Position numbers and translations under genes: made by a program
NCBI GenBank assembly: GCA_051294375.1
Contig: CM119269.1
Coordinates: 12,254,896-12,318,895 of the forward strand
Direction of reading: 5' to 3'
DNA from: Paraspadella gotoi
Lineage: Eukaryota; Animalia; Chaetognatha
DNA: 64,000 nt
Notes under the pieces: model-generated
Databases searched by the model: none
The model's input: only the letters and a program-made list of their open reading frames with translations
What the model was told of the DNA's origin: nothing
Part shown: positions 13,177 to 26,831 of the stretch, in pieces
Layout: every line of letters begins with the position of its first letter
Numbering within the stretch: position 1 is the first letter of the stretch

Positions 13177-14455
13177 CTCTCTCTTCTCTCTCTCTTTCCC
13201 CCAAATCTCTCAGAGAGAGAGAGAGAGAGAGAGAGTGATGAATGTCAGTGAGGTCACTTGGGTGAGGTGAGAAAGTCGNNNNNNNNNNCGTCGTCTATTC
13301 ATCACACTTGACGATTCGAGATTTCAAGTCTTTAGTTTTAAGAAACATTGAATAATTTATGAACAAAAAGATAATATAAGGACTGTACAAATCTATATAA
13401 GTTTAAGAGTATATTTAAAATATCTGTTCACAATTCTATTCTATGAAGTTCGTTCCAAAAATACTATTTCTAAGTTCCTAGAATTCGAATTTTAATTGTC
13501 AAAAAAAGTTTTTTTACTTTCTAAGCCCATAAATTCTGCGTTTGCTTTGTCAATGAGATCCATCACCACCGACTAAAAACCGCCTTCGAACAGCATTTCA
13601 TAAACCTCATATCATAAACCTCATGTCATAAACCTCATGACATAAATATCGTGTCATAAACCTCATCCGTTAAAACCATAAAAGGAACGAATAAAATATG
13701 GATCCTTTTGTTCAATTAGCGTCCGAAAAAATCGTCGCCCACTTGTGCCGGTCAATGTTTCCCTCTTCTCGAGTGACTCGTGACGACGACGAAGACGACG
13801 ACGACGATAACGACGACGAAGACAAGACACGACTCGTAAAAACGTCTCGATTAATTTCGAATCAGGAAAGAAAAGAAGAGAGGACAATTCTAATGTATTG
13901 CGCAGCAGTGAATTTCTTTTTACATAATTATATCCATTGGTTATTACGTGACTAATTATAACTAACAAAAAATAAAATATTAATTAGAAAAATAAGCTAT
14001 CTTGCCACAAGAATTTTAAAAACGCCTACAGCATAATAATAGAGCAAAAATATATAAGGGGCTAATTAATAAAACATAAAATTTATGTTATAGGAGATAC
14101 TTGGCAAGTAGAAATCAAAATAAATCGGTTTTACCTGAGTTATACGAAAAGATAAAAGAACCAAATATTTTATATTATTATTATTATATATTATAATATT
14201 ATTATTTAGATATAAATGAGACAGACTGACTGAGTCTTAGTCTTGAAGTCTTAAAGAGTCGCTGACGCGAGTCTTCGAAACGAAACTAAAAATGGAAAAG
14301 AATTCGGAATAAATTGAGATTAAAATCGTAAAAAAGTCGGGAGTCATTTTTTTGTGAAGGGAAATAAACGAGAGAGTCTTTGAGCTAATTTGGTGGAGTG
14401 AGAATTAGGGAGAGAGAGACTTGATGATTTAGAGAGATCAATGTGCTTTAAAAGA

Positions 14456-14561
<106 letters not shown>

Positions 14562-15144
14562 GAAGTAAATGAGTGAGTTAACAATCGATAAACAATTTTG
14601 TGACGGAAGCTCACAGTCTCAGAGTACCTGGCTTCCCTATCAATGAAGAGTAATTATATTTTAAAGAAAGTTTCAATTATGTATGATTCGCATATATATT
14701 TCTTTATTATAATCATTATTTGTAAATATTTTCGAAACGATTTTTGAAGTCATTCGTTGGATTTAGGTTCTTTAACCCTAATGTCCATTGTCCAGGTATA
14801 TTACACCTAAATTATCCTGAGAAGGATTCGCCACCCACTAAACTAATTCACTGAATCGCCCAGATTGTCCAGTCACCACCTCCGTCGTCCTTAATAAACC
14901 ACCCTTGTCGAAGACTTCGCCACCCCCGAGGAAGCCCGCCACACCAGACGAAGCCACCCGAGAGGATCCACGCTCCACCGTCGTTCCATTCTTCGATATT
15001 GTATCTCAAGTTTGCGGCCGAATGGAAAATGTTTGGACAACCTTTGGTGGCATTGCCTGACCGAGGAGGAGGAGGCGGAGGAGGAGGAGGAAGAAGACGA
15101 CGACGACGAGAGGGAAGAAGACGATCTCAATCAAGAGAGATGGC

Positions 15145-15199
<55 letters not shown>

Positions 15200-15566
15200 G
15201 GCGAAAAAAGAAAACAAAAAATCAGGATTGAGTGGGACTCGAACCCGGATCCTCGATGCTCAATTTTAGACCCGAAGATTAGGATAATAATTTAGTTCCA
15301 GATGTTCAAGTTGATCCATAATTGATAAAAATCGAATATCAACTTGAAATAGATATTAAAGGGTTAAGTAAAACATTTTAAGTTAACTTATTTCGTTTTT
15401 TGTCCAAAAAAATATGAGAAAATGGAATCCAGAAAAGGAAATGAAAAATGTTCCATTGTCAAATCAATTTGTTTCATTTCCAACCATTTTTGAAGCAAGA
15501 CTCTTTTTTTTACGTTTAACCCAGCTAAAGCTAAAGCCAGACCTCAACCAATTTTCAAAACCATTC

Positions 15567-15608
<42 letters not shown>

Positions 15609-15612
15609 CTCT

Positions 15613-15651
<39 letters not shown>

Positions 15652-15894
15652 AGCGACGCGGCGTACGTGACTGTTGCGGTGGATTCCAAATGCTTTTGGT
15701 CAAAGAAAAAAAAACACAGAGAGAGCAGCGGAAGGAGAGAGGAGAGAGAGAGAGACGACAGACGGAGAGAGAGAGGAGAGAGAGAGAGAGAGAACGAAGA
15801 GAGAGTAGAACGACGAGAGAGGAGAGCAGAGACGAGAGAGAGAGAAAGGGACGCCGCTATTCCATTCCGCGCCCCTCTCTCTCTCTTTTTTTTA

Positions 15895-16085
15895 CAGTCG
15901 GCCAATGGTTAAGCGTCTCCTCAGTTCATGACCAATAGCGTCGCGTTTTTTTTCCTCCAAGATACGAGTTTATCCAATCGAAACTCGACCCATATTCGAC
16001 CGCGACGTCAGACTCGTGACTCTTTCGACCAATGAAAAAAGAGAACGCCGACCTCGGAAAAAGGATCTTCGACCAATGAGAAAAC
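15895..16085. promoter_or_regulatory. CCAAT-box cluster 1 in sim intron 1
   Basis: Five same-orientation CCAAT motifs (15902, 15932, 15974, 16029, 16073) plus GACGTCA in CpG-rich sequence. Confidence 0.45.
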
Positions 16086-16181
16086 GAGTTGACGGCTTCC
16101 TCTACTTTTTTTTATTCGCTTGGGTTCTTCTGGAAAGACTATCGCGCCATTGTTTTCATGGAAATCGGAAAAGGGGAACAA

Positions 16182-16233
<52 letters not shown>

Positions 16234-17177
16234 GGGAAGACTCGAGATGAGAAATGGGAGAGGGGAAAGAGGGAGAGGGAGATGCGAAAGGGAGAGAGGG
16301 AGAGGGAGAGACTAGAAAAAAGAAAACTCTTCCGTTTGAGTTTCTTGGATTTAATGATTGAAAAAAAAAACCTTCTATGAGAGAAGAGATGAGAGAAAAA
16401 CAAAGGGAGGATATTAAAGGGAGAGCGAAAGGGAGACGGAGACAAAGAGAAGACAAGGGAGAGCGAGACAAAAAGAGAAAGAGAAAAGACAGAGAGCGAG
16501 AGGCGAACCTCTCTTCCCCGAAAACTCTCGACCAAATGTTAACTCGAGAAAAGGAAAAGAAAAAAAGGAAAAAAGAAAATGGAAAGTGAAAAATTCCTTT
16601 TTTTTAGAGTTTTCTATAAATAGATTAGCGAACAGTCAAGCTCTTGCATTGTCTCTTTACTGACGAGCAGTCAGGGCTCTTGGCGTACAGTCACACTCAC
16701 TGACGTATAATCAGGCCCTACAGTGAGGTTCTTTACTAAAGGTCCCTTTTTTAAAGTATCCTTCAAGTACAGTTAAGTTCTATTGTGTACAGATTCTCTT
16801 TCGCTGGCCTATAAACATCCCGAAAGTGGGATATTCCTTTTTTACTAAAAATAAATACGTTCGTACTTATAATCGATCCTCATTGACTGATTTTATACTT
16901 AATTTTATGTAACTTTACTTTTAAAAATATTATTTTTTTCGGGTTAACTATTTCATAAATTCGGCAGTATTGCTACTTTGTACTGTTGTCCTATTTTACT
17001 GTGGTTCCGTTGTAATGTGAGCTTTAATCGTCTCGCGCAAAAGATTCAGCTGAATTAGTAACCTAAAAAACTTTTTATGACATAAAATCGCAATCAAAAA
17101 GTAAATGCCTTTTTGGAAAGTTACCTATATATTAAATTGAGTATTCTGAAATATAGTAGCCATTGTTGTGTTGTAGG

Positions 17178-17330
17178 GAATTTATTTAAAGTTTTCAAAC
17201 AACTTTTCTTTCTTCATTTTTAATTCTTCATCACAAATTGTCGAAGCGCTGATGAAGACTCGAAATTACAGAGTCGAAAAATGTTCGTTTATGAAAATAA
17301 AATCGTTGTTTGAAAACTTTAAATAAATTC
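17178..17330 (+). mobile_element. probable Penelope-like element pLTR remnant with terminal inverted repeat
   Basis: A perfect 26-bp inverted repeat (17178-17203 / 17305-17330) encloses the hammerhead motif and an AATAAA. Confidence 0.55.
17244..17290 (+). ncRNA. minimal type I hammerhead ribozyme motif (degenerate), Penelope-like-element type
   Basis: aagcg-CTGATGA-a-gactc-(gaaattaca)-gagtc-GAAA-aatg-TT-cgttt. Intact core boxes, perfect 5-bp stem II, stem I aagcg/cgttt and a vestigial stem III. Confidence 0.65.
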
Positions 17331-17534
17331 TTTGTTATGAAATATAGTAACATTTCTTATTTTTAAGAGTTGGGGAAAAACTTTTCAAGATTTAATCTTT
17401 TTCTCCATCGTTTTAAATTTAAAAAAATTTAAACAATTCTCCTATTTTTTTCTATTTTTTTTCCTTTTTAAGAATTCATTCGTTCGGGCCGCGGGATCCG
17501 CCTCCTAAGACAATAGCGAATGTCGTCGTCTTTG

Positions 17535-17720
17535 GCGTCGGCCAATCAGATCAAAAAGAATCTTGAACATCGACCAATCACTAAGCCCGATGACACTGCC
17601 CGCCCCCTTTTCGCGAAAACCCCCGATATCTCTGATTGGTCGAAAGCGAATTAGTCTTTGGACCAATGAGAATGAGGGTCGAGATTCCCGCCTCCTATTG
17701 TGATGGAACCAATCGGAGGG
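17535..17720. promoter_or_regulatory. CCAAT/GC-box cluster 2 in sim intron 1
   Basis: CCAAT at 17542, 17574, 17663 and 17709, ATTGG at 17635, GC box CCCGCCCC near 17600 and E2F-like TTTTCGCGAAAA near 17610. Confidence 0.45.
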
Positions 17721-18244
17721 AGACGGAGATGGTGAAGGATGGAGAGCAAATANNNNNNNNNNNNNNNNNNNNNNNNNCGCGCACAATAGAAAGGGAGAGG
17801 CCGGAGAGAGAGGAGAGAGACGAGAAGAGAGAGAGAGAGAGAGAGAAGAGAGAGAGAAGAGAGAGATGAGAGACGAGAGAGAGAGAGAGAGAGAGAAGAG
17901 ACGACGGAGAAGAAGATTGAGAAGAGACGAGATGAGACGCACATGAAAGAAAGAGACAGAGAATGCAAAAAAATAAATTGGAATGGAAACCTCCCGAGCC
18001 AGAAGAGGAAAAAATACAGCCCTGGAACCATTATTAAAAAAACAGATATACAGAAACGTAAGTTAGGGATAAGGCAAAGTTATTCTGTAATTAGTGAAGT
18101 TAAAAACAGCATAAGCAATGTTAGAGAATACTCTCTCGTTAGGATAAGGAAAGTTTATTTGTAATTATTGAAGTTAAAAACAGCATAAGAATGGTAGAGA
18201 AAAGAAAAATAGAAGTAAATAAGAAAGAAGAAACTGAACTGACA

Positions 18245-18294
<50 letters not shown>

Positions 18295-19194
18295 CTCTCG
18301 ACGAGAAAAAAACCAGAGATTGACGGAAGCTTTTTGTGACACTCTGGTTACAACTTCAATCACACCAAGCGGTGACCTAACGAGAGAAAAATAAAGATAG
18401 AAAAAAAAGAAAAAAATCAAAGAAAAAAAAGGAAGAAAAAAGATAAAGAATTTGATAATAAAAGAAGAGAAACAAAACAACATTATATTTAGTCTCTGTA
18501 CTACGTCCAATATCTTTTAAAATCTATTGAAGTCACATAAAAATTTTAAGAACCTTTCGCGATTTAAATTCTTAAGAAAAGGGAAAAAAAAAAGTAAATT
18601 CGTGAGAGGCGTGACGAATGCGTGACTAAAAACGCGTGACAAAAACGTGACAAATCGGTCCTTGACGCGAACGAGGAAGAGAACACGCCGCGACGAAAGT
18701 AAAAACCAGAAGAAAAAAAAGGAAAGAAAAAAAGGTAAAGGAAAGTGAAAAGAATCAAGGATATCGATTAACATCGGAATCTTTTTTTATTTTTTATTCC
18801 TGACTTTTGAACCGAAAATTCATTTGAATAAATATTTTTCATTGCTTCTTTTTTTTCAAATGCGGCTTGATGTGAGACGTTTTAGGTCGGTTTTTGGTCG
18901 GTCTGTCGTTATCTCCAAATCTTTCTTATTTATTTTACTAATTTAAACTAAATTTTATTGACATTGTATGAAGACTTTCTTTTCGTTTTTAATTACATAT
19001 AAACTAATTAGGTTATAGCATAAATAAAAGATTGTAGACGCTTCATGAAATGCTGTCTATATTTTTTTCTTTCTATCTTTCTTTCTATCTTTCTATTTTT
19101 CCAGTTGAAATATCATCAGGTGCAAAACGAGAATTCGACGAAAAAGTAAAGTGTAACGAATTCTATTTGGGGGATCATTGCGCCTTGCACGTGT

Positions 19195-19309
<115 letters not shown>

Positions 19310-19968
19310 TCCCTCTCCTCCCTTTTCTTCTCTCTCCCTGGATTGAAAACTAGAGATGATGAATCCAGAGCTAAAAGTGGAAAAAGTCATGAAGTCAGGA
19401 ACATAAACAATCATGGGGCAAAAAGAGAGAAACTAAAAAGAAAAAGAAAGAAATTAAAGAGACAGAACAAATTCATGGAATCTCAAAGAAAAACAGTTTT
19501 CGTGGAAAATGAAACATAAATACGAAAGACGAAATCTTTTTTTTTTCCCCCTTTTTTTATGAATTTATCAACGTTTTAGTTCGGTACTTGTTAAATAATC
19601 TGAAAAAATAATTTATAACAAATTGATGTAATTTAGTACTCATGCATAGTTTTAACTTCTTTATATCATTCTATATTGTAGAACACGTTTAACCAATAAT
19701 AGAAGTGTATATTCAATCAATAAATAAGCAATATTGTCTTCTGAATTTAAACTATTTGTTTTAGGCCTTTTTTCGTCTTACAAGATAATAAGCGTGAATT
19801 CCAGCCCTTGTGGACTTGAACCTTGATTTCTCTGATGTGGTACGTAAAATGATTATGTTTTAGTTTAGTAAGTTTCCATCAGGAATATATGATATATATA
19901 TATATATATATATGATCACAGCTAAAAATACTGTTGAAACATTCTTTAAAATATTATACTACTTCTTT

Positions 19969-20168
19969 GATAGGGAAGCCAGGTACTCTGGGAGTGAATA
20001 AACGAGACTGTGAGAGAGTCTTGATTGAAAACTTGCCGAGACCTGCTATGTCATTATCTTGTAAGAGTGATGGAGGCCTTAAATCACCATAGCTTGTCCA
20101 AAATCAGGGGCAAGTTAGCTTATTTATTAAATAAATGATTAACTGTTATATTGGTTGTATCAATTTCA
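19969..20168 (+). repeat. dispersed ~200-bp repeat (family B, SINE-like)
   Basis: gatagggaagccaggtactctgggagtgaataaacgagactgtgag...gatggaggccttaaa...tatattggttgta. Other copies or fragments at 4000-4053, 14611-14641, 55507-55730, 60834-60957 and 62165-62263. Confidence 0.8.
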
Positions 20169-20266
20169 TAAATGTCTCGTCACTTCTTCTCCTTTCCGTT
20201 TGACCAATTGAGTCAAAAGACATTAAGTGGATGAGAGGAAATAGGGTGTGAAAAGAAAATGGGGCA

Positions 20267-20336
<70 letters not shown>

Positions 20337-21043
20337 TCTCTCTCGCACGCGCATTTTGCACTCTGTCTCTCGATGATTCTCCTTTCGAGGGGAAAGTCAC
20401 GCGCGGGAGGAAATGGCGTCGGCGTCACGCGCGTCGGTGAGTTCGTGGCGGTGGATTAATTAATCCGACGCTGTCGCCGCCGCCGCAGTCGTCGTCGTCG
20501 TCGTCGTCCTTTTCTTCGATATCGTTTTTACGTCATCTCAACATGTGAAATATTATCGATCCAAAGTTTTTTTTTCACTGAACGTAATCCTCCTCGCTGC
20601 AACGAAATTTTAGAATTAATATCGATTCATAAAAATAATAGGTTTACAAAACGTATGTAATAATATCAAAGTTACTGTAAAACGATACAATTTTTGGAAG
20701 GCCCGCACAGACATTCGTGCAAGTTGACATTTGGTCATACGGAGAAAAGATTATTTTCCCAGCTTTGTAAGGTTCATTGAAGAGACAAGTCACTGGCTTT
20801 ATTCCAAGATTAACCCATTCCATGCTCTCTGATGTCATCTTACGTCATTCCCCCATCATCCCATGTCATCTTACGTGATTCCATGTCACCTCTCGTCTTT
20901 CCATGCCTCGCCAAAAAAAAAAAAAACCAGTCCTGTCATCTTTTCCAGTTTTTTTTCTTTCCAGGATTCGGAGTTCGTCAAAGGTCGTTATGTAAATGAG
21001 AATTTTGGACCCGAGCCGAGCCAGACCGATTGTTTATTTTCCA

Positions 21044-21044
21044 A

Positions 21045-21122
<78 letters not shown>
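21044..21122. repeat. (GAC)n microsatellite, representative of dozens of (GA)n, (GAC)n and (GAAA)n tracts
   Basis: About 26 perfect copies. Confidence 0.95.
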
Positions 21123-21691
21123 CACGTCTGGACCCGACTCAACGTCCAGTCGACGAAAACCTGTTTCCGAGTTTGTCATCATCATCATCATCATCGTCGT
21201 CGTCGTCGTCGTCGTTGTCTGTCGTTTGCCCAGAGATGGTTGAACCACACGTGTTGTTTCAGTAAATAGCAATGTTTTTTTCGGTAAGAGTTTTTTTGCA
21301 TAGAATTATAGCTGAGGGGATCCTGTTGATTACTACTACTACTTTTCTTTAGAAATTTTACTGAAATTAAGAATTTTGAAGAACTTACCTTTTGTCAAAA
21401 ATATCACAAATCTCGTGAACGCTCTGGAATCACGATCACGATGAAAATGACGATGACGACGACGATAATAGAGACGACGACGACGACGACGACGACGACA
21501 ACGAAGACGACGACGACGAGGACGACGATAAATTGGGCGGAAGACGAACGACTTTGGACGCGTCATTATTCACGAGTTATTGACAGAACCATATGGAGAG
21601 CGTCGTTCACTTACGAAGCTTTAATGGACATCGAGACATGAACCAACCGCCACGCCCTCATATGGTGATTATCTGTTCTTCTCTTCCTTCC

Positions 21692-21741
<50 letters not shown>

Positions 21742-21972
21742 ATTCTATTAATAAAGAAGAATCAGACCCGAAAACTTCAGAGAGTAGCAACTTAAATAAT
21801 TATAAAATATTTATAGTAGTTTTAGCTTTCACTCTTCGAAATGAGACACATGTAGCGGACAATGCGGACATTGCCAAGTTGCTCATGCTATTAATCATTC
21901 TTCCTTTAGTCGTGATCCGGTTGCTCATTAAGACATCAGCTCATGACTCGGAGATACCGTGTTCAATCCCAA

Positions 21973-22048
<76 letters not shown>
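21973..22048. repeat. (GCC)n microsatellite
   Basis: About 25 perfect copies. Confidence 0.95.
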
Positions 22049-22052
<4 letters not shown>

Positions 22053-22174
22053 AAATTATCTTCGATCGGAAGATCAAAGTCTTTACTAGTTTCTGTCGAC
22101 TTTGATTTTCAATCAGAATAAAGAAAGAAAGAAAGAAAGAAAAGAAAAGAAAGAAAGAAAGAAAGAAAGAAAAA

Positions 22175-22238
<64 letters not shown>

Positions 22239-22435
22239 CCGACCCCGAAAAAGAAACCTTACTCTGTCTCATTTCTTTCGCTCGCTGCCGATCGACGGAC
22301 TGAGAATCCATTAAGGATCAATTGTACTTTTATTTTCTCGTCGGAACAAAAAAGAAGAAAAATCGTCGGCGAAAAACTATAACAACAACAAACGAAAGAA
22401 AACAAACAAAAGGGAAACTTGAGATTCATGTGATT

Positions 22436-22499
<64 letters not shown>

Positions 22500-22815
22500 T
22501 TTTTATTCTTTCTTTCTTGCTTTTTTTCTTTCTTTCTTTCTTTCTTTCTTTTTTTTTCTATTTTCATTTCTTTGTCACTTTTTTACACCGTTTCTGTCTT
22601 TTTCAATACAAACCAATACAATATATAGCAAAATGTGCTTATACTACTTCAATTGACATATTCATTATTTAAATAAGAAACAAATTAGAACTAAAAAGTG
22701 GGAAAGAACAAAGCGACGCCGACTTTAGATGATTGGACAGAATCAGCGCCGGTTGTCGACCTCAAGAAATACGGCGTCATATCAGAGGTAATTTGAGATG
22801 AACGCCGACGCCGAT

Positions 22816-22847
<32 letters not shown>

Positions 22848-23203
22848 CGACGACGACGATGACGACGACGATGGCAATGACGACGATTATGAGGATGAGA
22901 ACGCAAAGTATCTATACTGCAAGTTACGAGTTATGATGCTAATTATAAAATATCTTATTTATTAACGACGATGATAACGGTGACTCTAAATAAATTAGCC
23001 GTTTCCTTTTAAATATTAAATATTAAATTTTAAACTCAATGCGTCTCTTAAAATGACGTAAAGACCAACTGGAATTAATAAGACAAAAAAAGACAAGACA
23101 GAAGACAAATGAACACAACAGCTTTAAAAAAGAACGACGACGACAACGAAGACGAATAAGACATTAACGACTTTCGATTATTTAGGGATGAATCAAAATC
23201 CGA

Positions 23204-23301
<98 letters not shown>

Positions 23302-25537
23302 CGCGTAGGGAAAGTTGAAGTCAAGTTGGAACTTTACTGGAAGATTTTAAAGAGGAAATAACTTCAGAGTGACACATACATACATACATAAATGCGCATT
23401 GCACAGTGTGATACGAGATTATTGCAAGACGTACGTTGGGAAGAGAAACAAAAAAGTAAATAGAAGTCTGAAAGCTACTATAATATTTACGAAATCAATT
23501 TCAAATTCGATTCGTTCATTATAATATATGAATCTAAACTAAAATAAATAACTAAAACTGATATAAAATAAACGAAAAATAAAATAAACAATTTCTAATC
23601 GATCCCAAGACTCATCTTTATCTGGGACCCGAGGTCGCATCTTGCAATCATCTACGCAATCGGGTAGGTCCACTNNNNNNNNNNNNNNNNNNNNNNNNNN
23701 NNNNNNNNNNNNNNNNNNNNNNNNNNNNNNNNNNNNNNNNNNNNNNNNNNNNNNNNNNNNNNNNNNNNNNNNNNNNNNNNNNNNNNNNNNNNNNNNNNNN
23801 NNNNNNNNNNNNNNNNNNNNNNNNNNNNNNNNNNNNNNNNNNNNNNNNNNNNNNNNNNNNNNNNNNNNNNNNNNNNNNNNNNNNNNNNNNNNNNNNNNNN
23901 NNNNNNNNNNNNNNNNNNNNNNNNNNNNNNNNNNNNNNNNTAAATAAAAAGAAAAGATTTTTGATGATCCTCTTGTGGCCGAAAAACCAACAAGTTTTCA
24001 GACAAAAGGGAAACGGTTTTCCAGCGGGGGCGGCGAGCGGCGTCGAGCGGCGGCGAGCGGCGGAACGGGCTAAGGGTGGCGGATAGGTAGCGGGGAAACG
24101 GGAAGAGGGCCTCGAACGGCGAGTGGCGGTTGACGGGCAGAAGGCGGCGTGAAACCTGATATTGGCGTCTTATCTCGGGCGAAGGAACCTTCGGCAGATC
24201 GGCGGCGAACGTGGACGAACGATTGGGAAAAACTGATGCGTTTTAAATCTCGATTGGCGACTGATTTCAGCGGCAAAATTTTTAATTAACTTTTAATAAA
24301 TTAATTAATTAATTAATTAATTAATTCGCCGTCGAATAAACTTCCTTCTCTTTGTATTTGAACTTATTTTTAGCTTTCATTTGGCTAAAAAAAATTAAAA
24401 GCCTTTTTAAGATATCACAAAGTTTTAACATTTCTAGTCTAGCCTTTTTTAGCGAGGCTAACACGGATGCGGCCCGGATTCTCTGAGTATTTAAATCTCT
24501 CAATCCGACAACACTCTCTGGCTGATTGTGTGAAACTAAAGAGAGATATAAAATGAAAATGCTGAAATAGAACCTCATAGCAAAAATCAGATTTCATTCC
24601 GCCAATCTCAACGGAAATGCAACTTACCAACTTAGAAAACACACTCTCCAGTCCAAGACATCTGAGAGTTGGGTCAAGTTCGGTTTTCTCCTCTGTTACA
24701 ATCTTGATATTCACACTTCATTTCACTTCACTTTACTTCAGTCACAGTTCACTTCAGTTCACTTTACTTCGTTCACAGTTCACTTCATATCTTTTGCCAA
24801 AATTGTGGATAAGTCGTGGGTCTTTGTCAGGTTGTGGTCTAGCAATGTCAGGTATTTTTTCTTTCCACTCAACGAAGTTCGATTCTATTCTCCACTCTGG
24901 AGAGGGCGTGGGTAAGAGCTAGAGAGGGCGTGGGTAAGAGCTGGGGTAAGAGACTCAGTCTCATCGACACTCAGTTTGGTTGTNNNNNNNNNNNNNNNNN
25001 NNNNNNNNNNNNNNNNNNNNNNNNNNNNNNNNNNNNNNNNNNNNNNNNNNNNNNNNNNNNNNNNNNNNNNNNNNNNNNNNNNNNNNNNNNNNNNNNNNNN
25101 NNNNNNNNNNNNNNNNNNNNNNNNNNNNNNNNNNNNNNNNNNNNNNNNNNNNNNNNNNNNNNNNNNNNNNNNNNNNNNNNNNNNNNNNNNNNNNNNNNNN
25201 NNNNNNNNNNNNNNNNNNNNNNNNNNNNNNNNNNNNNNNNNNNNNNNNNNNNNNNNNNNNNNNNNNNNNNNNNNNNAGAGATGCAAACCGTCTGCCTGGA
25301 CTATTGTAAAGGATTGCTAAAGTTAATTTAATCACGGTAGTCCAATATCAATGTTTACTGAACTGCAATTTTTATGAAATTGGTACAACCAATATATGAT
25401 ATAACTAATATTATAAGTCTAAAAAAGCTACAATTCACGGATTAAAATACATAGTTAATCATTACATATTAGATGGAGACAAGCTATTTCGAGGTTCAAT
25501 GTTCTTTTTAGACGCAATTCGGAAGGACTTTCGACGA

Positions 25538-25575
<38 letters not shown>

Positions 25576-25666
25576 TCACAAGGGGCGCCTCCTTCTTCTC
25601 CTTCGTCTTCTTCGACTTTTTCTACGAATTATTCATGAGAGAAATCGAGAGGAAAATAAATGAGGA

Positions 25667-25762
<96 letters not shown>

Positions 25763-26416
25763 AAAAAAGAAAAAGGGGAAAAGGATAGATAAAATAATTA
25801 TTTCATAAAGAAAGTAAAAAACATGAAAGAAGGAAAAAAGCAGAAAATGATATTTGACCAGCCGAATCTTACCAGATATTTTCGTGTACTACGTAATTAG
25901 AATTAAAGAAATAAGATTAAGATAAATAAAGGAAAGTAAAGGAAAAGAAAAAAAAAATCGCTTGAAAGATGCGATTGAGATAAAAAGTGAATACAATCAA
26001 AGAGAGGAGGAGGAGGAGGAGGAGGAGGAGGAGGAGCAGGAAAGAAAGAAGCGAATTTCTTGGCTCATGCAGAGTTTAGGGTTTTATTGACTAGATTTAC
26101 ACAACAACGTTTGTGAAGTATTTTGTCTACCTTTAATACGTAATGAGGAAATATTTTAAATGTAGTATTCCAGGAAGTTTAAAATCTTAAACTTGAAAAA
26201 ACTCCTAATTTTTAAAATTAGTCTAACTTATCACTTATCTAAATAATCACCAAACCTGTTTGTCACAATCTTTTGCTGTCAAATTTTAAGATTTTCACCA
26301 AATTTCATTATCTGAGAAAACGTTACATCATAATCGGTCGAGTTGTTTTTCTGCCTGCTGGTCGATGCTCGTCATCGAGTAGTTATGAACGTGAGCTCGT
26401 GCCATTGTTAGTGGAC

Positions 26417-26557
<141 letters not shown>

Positions 26558-26774
26558 AGAGAGAGAGAGGGAGAGAGAGAGAGAAAGAGTCGGCGACAGG
26601 TTGTCTGCTGCGGTCGACGACTCTTGTGTCAACAAAATGGGAAGAAAAGGTCAAAGTGTGATTTCAATGTCAAAAGACATCTGCCTCGAATAGAGACAGA
26701 GTCAAAGAAAACCTTTATACGATTCGTATCTGAGCTGAGAAACCGAGATAAGTTCTTCAAACTTTGAATCTCTC

Positions 26775-26806
<32 letters not shown>

Positions 26807-26831
26807 NNNNNNNNNNNNNNNNNNNNNNNNN

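Noticed and set aside
16650-16730. CTGACGA-containing segment as a hammerhead
   Set aside because: No GAAA box follows the potential stem.
20644-20838. 64-aa minus-strand ORF as an alternative sim exon
   Set aside because: It has no SIM similarity and no convincing splice sites, and exons 1 and 2 already join in phase.
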